64,000 nt of DNA from positions 124,001-188,000 of the forward strand of contig OW569360.1 in assembly GCA_937625935.1 (NCBI GenBank). The letters are read 5' to 3'. A model generated the notes under the pieces. It saw nothing but the letters and a program-made list of their open reading frames with translations, was not told the origin of the DNA and did no database searches. Below are positions 21,741 through 34,177 of this stretch, piece after piece (position 1 is the stretch's first letter; every line of letters starts with the position of its first letter). The position numbers and the translations under genes were made by a program. This DNA comes from Tetramitus jugosus. Its lineage: Eukaryota > Protista > Heterolobosea.

Positions 21741-23981
21741 ATGACCCCATTCTCTGTTTTAACTTCCGATCTATCGATAATTCTCCGTCTCACCTCTTTT
21801 CTGAGTGATGACAGTGCAAGTATATGCTCTCTGACTGCCTTGAATCGTTCCTGTTGGGATTTATTGGGAGATCACTCTGCCGGGCAAATCAATCATGAAC
21901 ACGTGTGGAAGGTACTGTTCGAACAAAGGTGGCCTTCCATGTCATGGATACTGACAGCATCAGGTGATGAGGTACTGTCTGATTCAAAGGGCTGGAAGCA
22001 AATGTACGTAGATCGCTCCATGTGCGATCATACATTGCAAAAAGGCAAGCCTCGTCAAATCGTACTCGAGTCCCACACGTGTGCCGTCTCTGCCATGTGC
22101 CAGATTGATATTCGATCGAATAATCTGGGATTTGTGGACACAAAGAGACCTACTATCATTACAGCAGATGAAGAAGGTGGAATGATCCAGTGGGATCCTA
22201 CAACTGGTCTTCAAATGAAGTTTATGGATGTCATTCATCAGACAAAGGTTATTTCGATTCAACCTGTGCCTCAGATTCCAAACAGAGTCGTAAGTTGTGA
22301 ATCTGGAAGAGCAGAGTCGAATGGTGATGGAGCACAAGTCGTATTGTGGGATGCCTTCCTGGGTAATGACAAAATTTATGAAGTTTATGAAAATATTAAT
22401 TGTGTGGGTGGTGTGGCTGGTGAATCAGTAGGACCAGTAGGTGCATTCTTATGGCTGAGTAATCAATGCTTTGTTTGTGCTGCAGGAGCTGATCTATTTG
22501 TCTGGTATAACAATGCAGTTGAAGATTCCAACAACTTCTTCTTGCTCCACCATATACCAAACGCACATACTTACGACATCACAACAATGAAGAAAGTTCA
22601 TGGATTTACTGGTGGTCTAAGTGATCCAACAAATGATGGAGATAATGGACTAGTTATTGTCACTGGATCAATGGATGGATCGTTGAAAACTTGGAATGTT
22701 GATTCTGGAAGTCTGCTGTTTAGTCTAGATGGACATAATGGATCCATCACCCAAGTGGACACATCTGCCACAGGATACATCGTAAGCGCATCAAGTGATA
22801 GTACTGCAAAGGTGTGGGATAAAAGTGGTGATTGTATCTCAACATTAGTAGGCCACACTAAGGGCTTAACTTGTGTGATGGTCGATAAGAACCCAAAGAG
22901 AACGGTGCGCATCGTGACTGGATCTTCTGACCGTACAGTGAGAGTTTGGGACCGTCAAAGAAACAACGAATTTACCTGTACTCATGTACTAAGTGACCAC
23001 TCTGCTCGTATTTCTACTGTCCAGTTCAATGAAGCACTGATTATAACTGGGTCGAGTGATCGAAACATCTATGTTTACGATGCACAACAAGCTGATCCAG
23101 AAAAATTAGGAAGCTTAAAGCTGGTAACAAGTTCTTCGCATCACTTGGGTAATATTTCTTCCATCCTGTTTGATGACTTTGGGCGATTTTATTTTGCAGG
23201 TAGTGCTGATGGTTCAATTACAATTTACAACTGTATGCCAACCCGAAAACATACCGTTCAATCAAGCACGAATAAGAATCAGAAGGATGTTTGGGTATCT
23301 CCCCTGTACGACACTGCCAGCAACACTTACATGGGTCCACCAACACCTACCTGGAGTAGTCTCGTAACAGACAAGTTACCAGATGACTACAATGCAATTG
23401 AGGTTGTGCCAATTCTGACAAATCGATTCAAAGATGTGCTTCTCTTATACAATGTCTTATCCCCTTCCGAGTGTAGCAATCTCATCAAGGAGACTGAAAC
23501 ACTTCAGTACGAGGATTGTCATGGATACCACGTACAATACAGATCAAATAAGAGAGTCATCATTATGGATCACAAAACGTGTGACGTCGTATCAGACAGA
23601 ATAAGAGCTCACGTTCCTCAAACAGTCATAAGACAAGGATATGAATGGAATTTGGAGGGATTGAATGAAGTTTGGCGATTCTGCAGGTACACACCTGGTC
23701 AACACTTTAGTCCTCATATCGATGGGTACTTTGCAAGGAATGAAGATAACCGCTCCTGGTTCACTTTCATGATCTACCTGAATGGTGGTTTCACTGAGGG
23801 AACAACCAGATTCCTGAAGGACAGACAATCACTCGAAGTATTAGAAAAGGTTGTTCCACAAGCTGGCATGACATTGGTGTTTCCTCATGAGCTGTTGCAT
23901 GATGGTGAGCCACTCGGCTCAGAATCAAAGTATATCATGAGAAGTGATGTGATGTACAAGCGAGGCAAACGTGTAAACTAA
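21741..23981 (+). CDS. F-box-like / WD40 / 2OG-Fe(II) oxygenase (prolyl-4-hydroxylase-like) fusion protein
   Basis: LTSDLSIILRLTSFLS...LTALNRSCW...VWKVLFEQRWP (F-box-like). WD40 repeats (IVTGSMDGSLKTWN, IVSASSDSTAKVWD, IVTGSSDRTVRVWD). C-terminal RFCRYTPGQHFSPHID...FMIYLN...LLHDG...KYIMRSDVMY. Confidence 0.88.
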   Translation: MTPFSVLTSDLSIILRLTSFLSDDSASICSLTALNRSCWDLLGDHSAGQINHEHVWKVLFEQRWPSMSWILTASGDEVLSDSKGWKQMYVDRSMCDHTLQKGKPRQIVLESHTCAVSAMCQIDIRSNNLGFVDTKRPTIITADEEGGMIQWDPTTGLQMKFMDVIHQTKVISIQPVPQIPNRVVSCESGRAESNGDGAQVVLWDAFLGNDKIYEVYENINCVGGVAGESVGPVGAFLWLSNQCFVCAAGADLFVWYNNAVEDSNNFFLLHHIPNAHTYDITTMKKVHGFTGGLSDPTNDGDNGLVIVTGSMDGSLKTWNVDSGSLLFSLDGHNGSITQVDTSATGYIVSASSDSTAKVWDKSGDCISTLVGHTKGLTCVMVDKNPKRTVRIVTGSSDRTVRVWDRQRNNEFTCTHVLSDHSARISTVQFNEALIITGSSDRNIYVYDAQQADPEKLGSLKLVTSSSHHLGNISSILFDDFGRFYFAGSADGSITIYNCMPTRKHTVQSSTNKNQKDVWVSPLYDTASNTYMGPPTPTWSSLVTDKLPDDYNAIEVVPILTNRFKDVLLLYNVLSPSECSNLIKETETLQYEDCHGYHVQYRSNKRVIIMDHKTCDVVSDRIRAHVPQTVIRQGYEWNLEGLNEVWRFCRYTPGQHFSPHIDGYFARNEDNRSWFTFMIYLNGGFTEGTTRFLKDRQSLEVLEKVVPQAGMTLVFPHELLHDGEPLGSESKYIMRSDVMYKRGKRVN

Positions 23982-24026
23982 ACTAAATAAAACACATAAG
24001 TTTCATGGTAGTTTTCTGTTAAGACC

Positions 24027-26514
24027 TTATTCTTTTATTGGCGACAAGTTGAGTAAAGAAGGGGGTTCTGTCTGTTCCGCGTCCATTTCTAGTAGTTGTC
24101 CATCCTGTTGAATCATATATTGGTTGCTCTTTGGAGTCAATTCAATTGTTGGTTGAGTAGGTGGTCGATCTATTGGTTGCTTCTCGGTCGTGCCATCTGG
24201 ATAGCAAGTTGTTTTCTCTTTCGTTGCTGGGTCAAATATCGCAAAGCGATTCTTAGGTTTCTCAACAACTGGTGCTCCATCGAAAAATTCCTTCTCGAAC
24301 AGTTGTAACTCTGTCCGGAAGGTTGGATTGGGGCTCACCTGCGGCCGACGTTCACCTAGATACCGGAATGCTGTCTTAACTCTCAATTGCTTGTATTGCA
24401 TAATAAATGCCGTCATGATCGTTGCTGATCTACTGACACCTGCCATGCAGTGAACAATACACCCACCTGCCTCAATACCCTCCTTAATAAACTCAGCAGT
24501 TTCGTAAAAGTGAGCTTTCAAGGACGCTGTCCGCACATCATCAGTATAGATGACCATATATTTAAAATCGTCAGTGTACTTTGGCGGAATATCGTTTGCT
24601 ATCGTCAATACATGTGTAACGCCGTATGCTTTGAGTAAATGCTTGTTCGTTGAAGCATTGGCCGAACCAATAAAAAGCCCCTTGCCTATTTGTGATGCCA
24701 CTTCAAATTGATTTGTGAATGAAACATTGTTGGTCGTTATCCATTGTTGAACCTCGTCCGAGATTTCTAAATGTTGATGGTTGAAACTCACGCATAGTGA
24801 TGTCAATTTGGTTAGTTTCGTGATCGAGTTCGGTATGGTCGTGAGTCCATTGTTGTCCAAGTTGAGTTGAATCAAGCTGTCCATTTGTTCAATCCGGGAG
24901 TCCAACTCCTCAATCAAGTTATGCTTCAATCGAGCCTGTGTCAAGCTCTTCAACATATAAAACGATTCGGGGAGCTCTGGAATCCGATTCATTGTGAAAT
25001 CGAGCACAGATAATGTGTTTTGAATAAATGGGTTTTCGCTGATGCCTGTGGGGAACGACCGAATCAGATTGTTAGAAGCTTTGACTTCACGTAGCTCTTG
25101 CATCAATGACCAATCGAACATTTGATCAATCATGTTTGAAGAAACATTTAACGTTTGCAGCCTTGACAGATATTGCATTGAACGAGGCAAGTATTCAATT
25201 TGATTGTTTGCGAGGTTCAAGGATTGCAAGTGAGAGAACGAACCAATGCCCTCATCGATCTCCGTGATCGAATTGTCACTCAAGTCCAAAATCTCCAAAA
25301 ACGTGAGCTGCGTAATGTGTGCTGGTAGGTGGTTGATGCGATTTCCGTTCAATCTCAACTCTTGCAAGTACCTGAGCGATTTGATCTCTGTGGGCAGTCC
25401 CAATATATTGTTTTTAGACAAGTGAAGAATTCTGAGTTCTTCCAGTGAACAAAACTGCGACCATGCAGTGATGTTACAATCGTTGGCGTACAGTTCTTCC
25501 AACTGATTCAACATTCTCAAATCATGCATGGGCAGCTTTGAAATCCTGTTCTCTGAAATGTTGAGCACTTTGAGTCGTGTCAGCTCACACACTGCTCTTG
25601 GAAACTCTCTCAATCCGCACTTGTCGATATTCAAGTTGGTCAATGTGTCCTTTAGCCGAATAATCGACTCTGGCACCTCTTCAATATTGTTCTTGGACAA
25701 TCTGAGAGATTGCAACTGGGAGAATTCGGCCAACTTTGCAGGAAACGTATGAAACTGATTGAATCCGAGATCAAGCACCTTCAAGCTCTGTTGAATAGGC
25801 ACGATGGGTGATCCACCTGATCCGAATAAGCTGGACAATAGGCCACCAGAATTCGAAAAGGAAATCTTATTGATCTGATTGAAAGACAAGTCTAGTACCT
25901 CTAAATTGGCAAACTTGTTGACTGATTGGGGCCATGTTGACAAGTCATTCAATTGCAAGTGCAATTGTTGCAATGAACCACTCAACATATCCAAATTCCT
26001 TGGCAGTACTCTGAGTTGACTCCGATTGAGCTTCAAAACTCGCAAAGAGTACAGTTGTGAGATGGTTTCTGGCAGTTCCCGAACATCATTCCCCGTGAGA
26101 TCCAACTCTGTTAATTGAACCAATTTACATAGCTAAAAGAATTCCATATCGTGGTGTGTGTTGTTTTTGTCGTGTTAGCTTTTCAAGTATTTTACAAAAC
26201 GCAGGCAAAAAACACAGACTCAGAAAGAACCAAAAAATAAAGTTCAGAGCTTTCAACAACAAAATGAATCTCTCATCATCATCACACAAAATCACACATA
26301 CACGAATTAAATCAGCTTCCGTAGCTTTGAGTTGCGTCTTGTTTGCAGATTTATAGAGAGCTAAATCCAATATTTGAACAGGTATTTTTTGTGATTGTAA
26401 GAATTCAATTTGTTCAATTTTGGTTCGCGCTGGCAATTGTTGTTGCTGTTGTTCATTGCTATAGCTGCTTCCACTCTGATTATTGCTGTTATTATTATTG
26501 TTATTATTGATCAT
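24027..26514 (-). CDS. Leucine-rich-repeat dual-specificity phosphatase (2 exons: 26514-26302, 26132-24027)
   Basis: About 18 LxxLxLxxN repeats, then GLFIGS, DD loop and VHCMAGVSRS catalytic motif. Intron 26133-26301 (GTATGT...TTTTAG) keeps the frame. Confidence 0.93.
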
Positions 26515-27306
26515 AAGGAGCTATCAATCTTGTTATTGTTGTTGTGTCTGTAGGTTTCGCTTAGTTTATCGTCGTAGATGTGAATAAAATGTTGTTGTTT
26601 GTTGTGTGTGTCTGTTCGCAAAAAGAGCGAATATCATCAAGCTTATTGTTGTTGTTGTTGTTGCTGTTGTAGGATTTCGACAAGATGATGCAGCAAAAAA
26701 AACACGCTCTTGAATGATTCAATATTCCTTGAAAAAGTTTGACACTTGTTCCGTTTTTGTTGAATTCTTTTGAGGTTTGTTCCACGCGGTACCAGAAAAA
26801 ATGGGTTTGTTGTTTTCGTCTGTGTGGTCGAGTTGTGTTGTTTGGGTGTTGTTGTTTGAGAAATGATCCTCCTTCAATCTTGTTCTTCTGGGGCGACAAC
26901 AAACGGAACTTGTGTGGGTTTGTGGAGAGCACTCAAGGGTTCAGGTTGTTTGGTTTGCTGTGTTGTTTTCATCTGGTGTCAACAATCAGAATTTTGTAAA
27001 GTACCCTGCATGTTCCTCCCATTGGAGAAGTGTGACGCGGTTTGGTAAGATTTTTTTCACTCGATCGGGTGAGACCATCAAGTTAGATACTCTGGGCATG
27101 GTGCAATGGCACCATTTCCATTTTATTGGACAAGAAGAAGGTTCTTTCTCATTCCTCCAATAGAGCACTAACTCTTGAAAGAAAGAGAAACCAAGGAATT
27201 CGATTTGGCCTTCGAAAAAGGGAGATATCCAAATGCCGGATGAATGTCAAGTGTCAGAGAACGGGTAAATTATGACGCGGCAATGTCTGCTGTCTAGGCC
27301 ATCCAT

Positions 27307-30300
27307 TTATTGCTGATTGTTTTGTGTATGCTCAACTGGTGCAGGTTCAGACGATAATTCTGTCTGCTTTTTAACTACAGGCTCAACCTTGGTCTCTTCT
27401 TGACTTTGAAGTTCCGTTTGATTTCCTTTCTTCTCTTCTGTTTGCTTCTCAGACGAAGCGGTATTCGTTTCCCTTTCATCCTTAAGGGCATTCTCCTTCG
27501 CTGCAAGACTCCTATTGAGTTTCTGCTGGAATACAGAATTCTGGCGTCTTAACTTGGCTCGTTCTTGTTCTTCCTTCTGTGTATTTTCATCACATGCCCT
27601 CTTAAACTTGTTAACAAAGTCACAGATGACAGAGAAGAAAGGATCACTATCACCCGAGCTGTCCATCGTGTCATAATGATAGAATTCTAGTGTCTCAAGG
27701 TATGTCGATTCACATTCTTGGGACAACTTGGTCAAATACTCCAACTGACCTGAAGCAGTATCAGCTGCCTCCGTCAAGCGCTTTGATCCATCGGATGTCA
27801 GCTTCTTATTCTTCATAAAGTATTTCATTTCGTTTTGGAGATGTTCAGCCTGATTTGTGAATTCCTTTTGTAGAGGTATGAGAGATGAGAGAGATAATTT
27901 AGCGCTCTTGCTCACAAGCTCATAGAATTGATCTTCTTGATAAAATGTACACACAGACTCCTCTTTCTCTTTGATTATCTTCGCAATATAGTGGAGCAGA
28001 GATTTAGTATTTGGATCATTTGCTCTCGTTCCATCAAGTTTTGGAAGAATGTCAAGGTTGAAGCCACTGACATTTGTCAAATTCCGTCTTCCCTCATTCA
28101 TGATGTTGCCTACTGCCAGAATGTATGCTAAGATTTTTTTGAATCCTTCACTCTTCCGAACTACGTCACATGACATCTTTTTAAATTCTAATTTTTCGTT
28201 CAACTCATTGAATAACTCAAGAGATGAGTTCATGTACATGAGTGACAACAGATTTTGCTGAATGTGATCTCTTTTGAGAAAGTGGAACATAAACTGTTCA
28301 TCTTTTGGCAGCTTATCAAAAGTAGAACATCCAGCCTTCAACAGCTCAGTCTTACTCTCCTCAGGTATGGAAGAGATTAGTTGATACAAACTAGCGACAT
28401 GTGCTGAAGGTATTTCATCAAAGTCCATAATCTTACGTATGAGTCGTTGAGCATCATCTACTCCCTTGAACTGCGATGCAATAACAATAGATATATTTCT
28501 ACTGATATTTGAAGGCAGAACAGACACTGTATCACTCTGCTCCTTCTTAGCCGCTGGTAACTTTGAAGGTGTAGCTTTTTGCGTAAACAGTGTTTTCAAC
28601 TGATCGACATTATCATCTACAGCACTCTTGACATCGATGATATCGCCCATTAGTTCTTTCCACACGGAGTCATTTGAATCTTGATTGTTTTTGATAGGTT
28701 TCCAATCAACTCTTTTCATCATGTTCTCCTTTGGAGCTGGCTTGGTCATCATACCAGGCATGCCAGGAGGTGGTGGAGGCATACCTCCCATCATTGGAGG
28801 AGGTGGAGGTGGCATTAGTCCGCCCATCATTGGAGGAGGAGGTGGTGGAGCTGTGATACAAGATAAAGGTGGTAAGCTAGATGGCTTTCATGACAAAAAT
28901 AAATAAAATCGAGATAAATACGAGGTAGAACATACCATTTGAGGAGAGGATTGGCGGTGGAGGTGGAGCACCATCACTAGTTGACTCATTATTTGATTCA
29001 GAGCTGGAGCTGGATTGAAGTCCCTCTGGTATTTTGAGTTTCATGGTTCTACCCTTTGATTTGGTCGAACTGGTTGAACTGTCGGTTGCTGCATCAGGTT
29101 TCGCGACATGCCTTAGGAATTTGCTGCCTCCCATCAAATTAAACTTTGCCTTCAACTCTGTAATCACAAAGGTCATTTCACTCATATGTTTGTCGTTATG
29201 ACGGAAGACATGAGATAGACGATGCTCTAGCGTCATCTGATCATTGTTCAGATAGTAGTATGGACATTGTTTCAAAAACTCTTCCATCTTATCTCTGTAA
29301 CTCTGCATGACACTCTGCTCTTGCACACTACCAATTCCGGTTCGTTCAGAGAAGTTCAACTGCACAATAAAATCAAAAGGAATCAGTTCGTTATCTGCCC
29401 AGTCCAATTTTGATTTTGGTTGTGTCAAGTCCAACTTCTTTTGACCGACTTGGTGGGTCTCATTCCGAATGAACATTGTATTGAACGTAAAACGGAATAG
29501 TTTCTTAAATGTATCACGAACAACCCAATAGCAACAAATGACGAAGTCTCCCAATAGATTGACTGGTTGTCCAGTTTTTTGAATATCATAGACGTACCAT
29601 GTTTCTCCATTCGAGTCCATGATCACCTTTGATTGACTATTGTCGAGCATAAAACTGGAGTTGAGTCCTTTTATGCCTTGTTGTTGTTGGAAGAAGGCTC
29701 CATATACTTCTTGTTCATTCTGTTTCACTACTATGTACAATTTACCGTCAGAGGATGCCGTAGGTGCTTGCAATGACAGTCTGTGATTTCTCGGAGAAGG
29801 ACGTGGTGAATTCATCACACCCAGTAAACTATTGAATCGAACTGACTCAAGCGAATAAATATAAATGGGTGGCATGGGCAGCTGAGTCAGCAGTGTGAAG
29901 AATTTACAGTACCGAGTGAGAGAGGCCTGAATATTGTCATAACTAGGCATAAATAACTGTTGAGAGATTCTTGGTGTCTTTGGACTGTGTTGCATACTGG
30001 CAAACACTTGATTCACTTGTCTGATGTATTGGTTCAAGAGACCCTCAATGAATGGGTCACCAGTTGAAAAATGAACCAGACAAGTACATGCCAAAAATCC
30101 ATACAGCACATTGTCGGCCGTACAATAAAAGATGACTCTCTTTGTGTTTTTCGCATGAGCCTGCTGCTGTGGTTGGTAACCGTCGTGTCGAGGCGTACGT
30201 GGAGTATGAGTCGGCGTGACACTTCTGCTGCTATTGTTGCTGCCAGTGACACTGCTTGCATTACTCACTGCTAGAGTACTACTGCCTTGATTGATAATGC

Positions 30301-31501
30301 TGGGCATAGACATGTTCTTGTCTTTGATACCACTGCCCGACAAGATACCAGCTGTGTCACTCTCATCATCACACATATCATCACTAATGGCACGCACTGT
30401 TGCACTCGTATCCACAGTCATTGAAGATGTTGATTGAGTATCGCTCACTTGTGCCATACTCGAATCATTCACTGCAGGAGTTGTTGATGTTGATCGACCA
30501 CTCATGCTGCTCACACTCTGTTTATCATCTTCATCATTCGCCTCTGCTGTCAATAATCGACTATTCTTCACTATTGTTTGTTCATTATTATTCGGAGTAG
30601 TCACAGTAGGATTGGTGGTCGATTGATCATCGTGGTCCACATCGTCACAACCCGGTTCATCATTATCATCATTACCATTTGCACCACCACTACCACTACC
30701 ACTACGATGCGTATCTCCTTCACTATCAGAGCTCTCACCATCCGATTCCACATGAATCACGTCATCAGTGCTAAAACTGCGCTTCATCATTGATGGCACA
30801 TTTAGCTTTGGAATGGTTCGTTGCCGCGGTGTCATTGTCGTTTTTTTAGTGTCGACACTGCAGTCGTCAGTCATTGTGGAAACATTGTCCTCTGTTTCTA
30901 AATCTTGAGAGGATGGTGAAGCTGACATGGAAGCAGCTGTAGCTACTTGTAATTGTTGTTGTTGTTGTTGTTGTGATGATGATGATGATTGTCTTGATTT
31001 CGTGTTGTTATTACTGTTGTTATTGTTATTATTATTATTGTTGTTGTTGGTACTGACCAATTCGTGTAACAAGCCACACAGCTCCATAATGTTCACCACT
31101 TGTTCATAATGAAAGTTTGTCATGACTCCAAAATCAATATTGGTCGTATTTTTCAACGGTTCGAGCGTATAGGGAGTGAAATTGACAAGAATAATGTGAT
31201 TGGAGTTTTTAGAGTAGTGCTCATTGATCCATTGACTCATTTTTCTCATTCGACTCGTCTGTTGTTGCTCCTCCAAGTATTCCACCTTATCGAGCAGCAC
31301 TGTATATATATATATTACATTGAGTCATACATGTGTTAATCATCTTATGGTGTCAAGTGAAAAAAAACAACAGAAAGAGTGTGAATAATAATATGATGAC
31401 GACGTACCATGAAACGAAGGACCAATTTCAAAGGTGTGAGGCTGTTGAAACTGCTCTTCATTCATTGAGAGAGTCGGCAGATTCTTCAACCATTTGAACA
31501 T
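27307..31501 (-). CDS. Formin with PTEN-like/C2, FH1 and FH2 domains (3 exons: 31501-31408, 31299-28936, 28850-27307)
   Basis: FH2 motifs MKRVDW, RNISIV, ILAVGNIMNEG, GFNLDILPKL, SLLHYI. Polyproline FH1. C2-like LLGDFVI...LFRFTFNTMFI...KSKLD. Two GT-AG introns join the ORFs in frame. Confidence 0.9.
30952..31047. repeat. Coding trinucleotide microsatellites (AAC/AAT/TCA/CAA) encoding poly-N/S/Q in the formin
   Basis: Runs of ttg/tta/gat on the + strand are directly visible. Confidence 0.8.
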
Positions 31502-31890
31502 GTTTGTTTGTTGTGGTTATTGTTGTGGTTGTTTTTGTTCGTTTGTTGTTATTGTTGATGTCGTTTGAATTTGGAATGGCCGAATGAATATTGTTGTTGT
31601 TGTGATCGGGGGAGTAAGCTATTGCGTTGTTTTGTTGTCCTTTGGGTTAAATGAACGTTGAGTGTCCTATTGGAGGACCACTTTTGGGGTGGAGAAATAA
31701 AAGAACCAAACGCACACAACACAGAGAGCACTGTTTGAAGGCGGTGACGACAACACTTAGATTCTCATCGGTCAGAGAGAAGTGTCCTTCTGATTTGATT
31801 CACCGGCGGGATCTGTGAACTTTTTTTGACGGGCGACAACTGGTGGTTTATTTATGGGACAGTCGGTATTCAACGGTCATTGCTTCCGAC

Positions 31891-34002
31891 TTACAACTTG
31901 CAGCACATGGGTTTGTTTGGAGGAACGTCAAGCACTGGGTTTTCATCAAAGAATCCATGTGGTACGAGAGTGAATGCCTTGAGCGGTCCCACTGGCATCA
32001 CTGGGAAGTCTTCTAATCTGACGACGTGAGTGATACCGAAGGTATACCAAAGAACCAGATCTTCGTCCACGATACCTCTGTTCTTGTTCGTGACAGTCTC
32101 CAAGGTATCACCTCCTGTTGTTCCATCAGTTTGATTCACATAGTTACCGGATGGATGTCTCGAATCAGAAGGATCATATTTTGAGCACCATAAATGGTGT
32201 TTGAGCCATGGTGCTCGTTGCACCAACCAGGAGTGTGGCTTTGCAAAACATCTAACGTTTGTTGCTGGCTGCAATGAATACGCAACAGGAGTTCCAGCCT
32301 TGTTTCTCTTGTTTTGGTTGACAATCTTCCAGCTTCGATTCGTGTTAAAGTTCAAGTTTCTTCTGGCCTCCATCTCTTTTGTCAGCAGTGTTTCCTGAGC
32401 ATAGAAACCGTTGCCTCTGTAATTTATCTCATCATCATCCTCTTCCTGAACATTAACTTCAACGAGTCTATTTTCGATACCATCCAAGCACATGTCGATC
32501 CGAGCACAATAAATGTGTTGATGAATTTGTCCACACAATCCTTCTTTGCTCAGTAATGTGGCATACTTTAGAGGGTCGTAACTCTCAATTTCTCTCAGAC
32601 CACCATCCTTTGATGGAACAAGGTGCTTACTGAAGACCGTGCTCGTATTAATAATACCAGTGTGCTTGATTTCCAGTTCAATTGCACCATCAAGATACAA
32701 GTGGTAATAGAATCCATATTCATAGTTACCAACTGTAGCAATAAAGGAGATAACTAGTCTTCTCGATCGTCTCACAGATGCTTTGTCTCTTCTCCAATCA
32801 GTGTGCTTCCACAAGATAGAGTTGTCCTCTTCATGCAAACAAATCACGTTCTTCATTGTGTATGGAACACCATGCATGGTTGTTAAGCACCCATCAAAGT
32901 AATAAATTTCACCAAGACAGTCGCATCCCAAGGACAAACTATTGGCCAATTTGCCAAGCCCATACTCACCGACATCGAATGCATTCTTTCTGGAATGAAT
33001 TGATGTTGGATCTCCATATGGAACTGCCATCTCTGAGATGCTAATTCTATTAGCAATTGGTCGTTTGTGAAACTCCAAACAATGCAACGTAAGGCCTTCC
33101 AGAGCACTGAAGCCCACTCGCAAATTCCAGTTTTGCCAAGACACAAGATTGGTGTCACTTACTGTCCACGAGGCACCCATTGGTTGAGTAATCTCAATGG
33201 GTTTCATAGTAGTTCTCATCTTTTCTCCTCTCTGCTCGAACAAGTGCTGTTCATAGTTGATTCTTTCCTTTGGTAGAATTTTTGCTAATTCTTCTTCCGA
33301 ATAATTAGCAAACATGTCATCAATGCAAATAATGGTTCGGTTGACCAGATCCAAAGTCAAACAAAGGCCATCCACTGGATGAGCATATCCATGATCATCA
33401 TCCGATCCCAATCTTGCAAATACAATGGTTCTGAGCAGTCGATAACCTCTCTCTTCTTCATCTCCATAGAAACCAGCGCTCCAAGGCTCTATCATCCATC
33501 TCCTATCTGCCCACTGTTGGATCTTGATTGGATCATTTGCAATCTCTGCCGGTACCAGTCCTCTACGATTCATAATGGCTTGAAATCTTGCATCTCCCTT
33601 GACTAGCTTCTCACAGATTTGGAACTCCTCAAGTGTCACAAACGGTTGCGTACCCAGTGGCAACCAACTCCAATCGAGTACCTTGTCAGTTCTCATGGAC
33701 ACAATTACCTCAGCAGACATGCTTTTGGCCTGTTGCTTATCATGCACCATGACACATGTTCTGCTACGTCTCTCAAACGATGAATTCCTCTTGTTTTCAT
33801 TCGATTCAAAGCATGCTAGTTTATCACTTGGGGTAGACGGTTCCACCAAGTCAACACTCACAAAGATGACCTCTTGTTGGTGTGGATTCCTGAGCAGTCG
33901 ATGATTGGCCATGTGTTGCTTGATGGCGGCCACAGAACGCACAATTTCATCATCTTGAATGGGAACTAACGGGTGACGGTTTACTGGTCTTGTTACTGAC
34001 AT
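31891..34002 (-). CDS. Copper/topaquinone amine oxidase, probably peroxisomal
   Basis: NAFDVGEYGLG, SLSLGCDCLG, TVGNYEY (TPQ Tyr), HQH copper ligands, HVVRLEDFPVMP. C-terminal -CKL fits the PTS1 consensus. Start taken at ATG 34002 (MSVTRPVNRHPL). Confidence 0.95.
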   Translation of the reverse strand: MSVTRPVNRHPLVPIQDDEIVRSVAAIKQHMANHRLLRNPHQQEVIFVSVDLVEPSTPSDKLACFESNENKRNSSFERRSRTCVMVHDKQQAKSMSAEVIVSMRTDKVLDWSWLPLGTQPFVTLEEFQICEKLVKGDARFQAIMNRRGLVPAEIANDPIKIQQWADRRWMIEPWSAGFYGDEEERGYRLLRTIVFARLGSDDDHGYAHPVDGLCLTLDLVNRTIICIDDMFANYSEEELAKILPKERINYEQHLFEQRGEKMRTTMKPIEITQPMGASWTVSDTNLVSWQNWNLRVGFSALEGLTLHCLEFHKRPIANRISISEMAVPYGDPTSIHSRKNAFDVGEYGLGKLANSLSLGCDCLGEIYYFDGCLTTMHGVPYTMKNVICLHEEDNSILWKHTDWRRDKASVRRSRRLVISFIATVGNYEYGFYYHLYLDGAIELEIKHTGIINTSTVFSKHLVPSKDGGLREIESYDPLKYATLLSKEGLCGQIHQHIYCARIDMCLDGIENRLVEVNVQEEDDDEINYRGNGFYAQETLLTKEMEARRNLNFNTNRSWKIVNQNKRNKAGTPVAYSLQPATNVRCFAKPHSWLVQRAPWLKHHLWCSKYDPSDSRHPSGNYVNQTDGTTGGDTLETVTNKNRGIVDEDLVLWYTFGITHVVRLEDFPVMPVGPLKAFTLVPHGFFDENPVLDVPPNKPMCCKL

Positions 34003-34177
34003 GCTTTCTTCTTGTTGATATTTTGTTGCTGATTTGACGTTATCAATTGGTTTTGTTTCCACACTAATGGGATAGCTCTCCTGATTCCACAACTCAACCA
34101 AAATTGATTGGTCCGGATCTGACAGAACAAAAAAGGGATTCAAAAGTGTGAAAAAAAAGCTTCCAACACAACAGAAA

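Noticed and set aside
26561-27168. Several short ORFs between the LRR phosphatase and the formin
   Set aside because: This is low-complexity CAA/TTG-rich leader and promoter sequence with no recognisable protein features.
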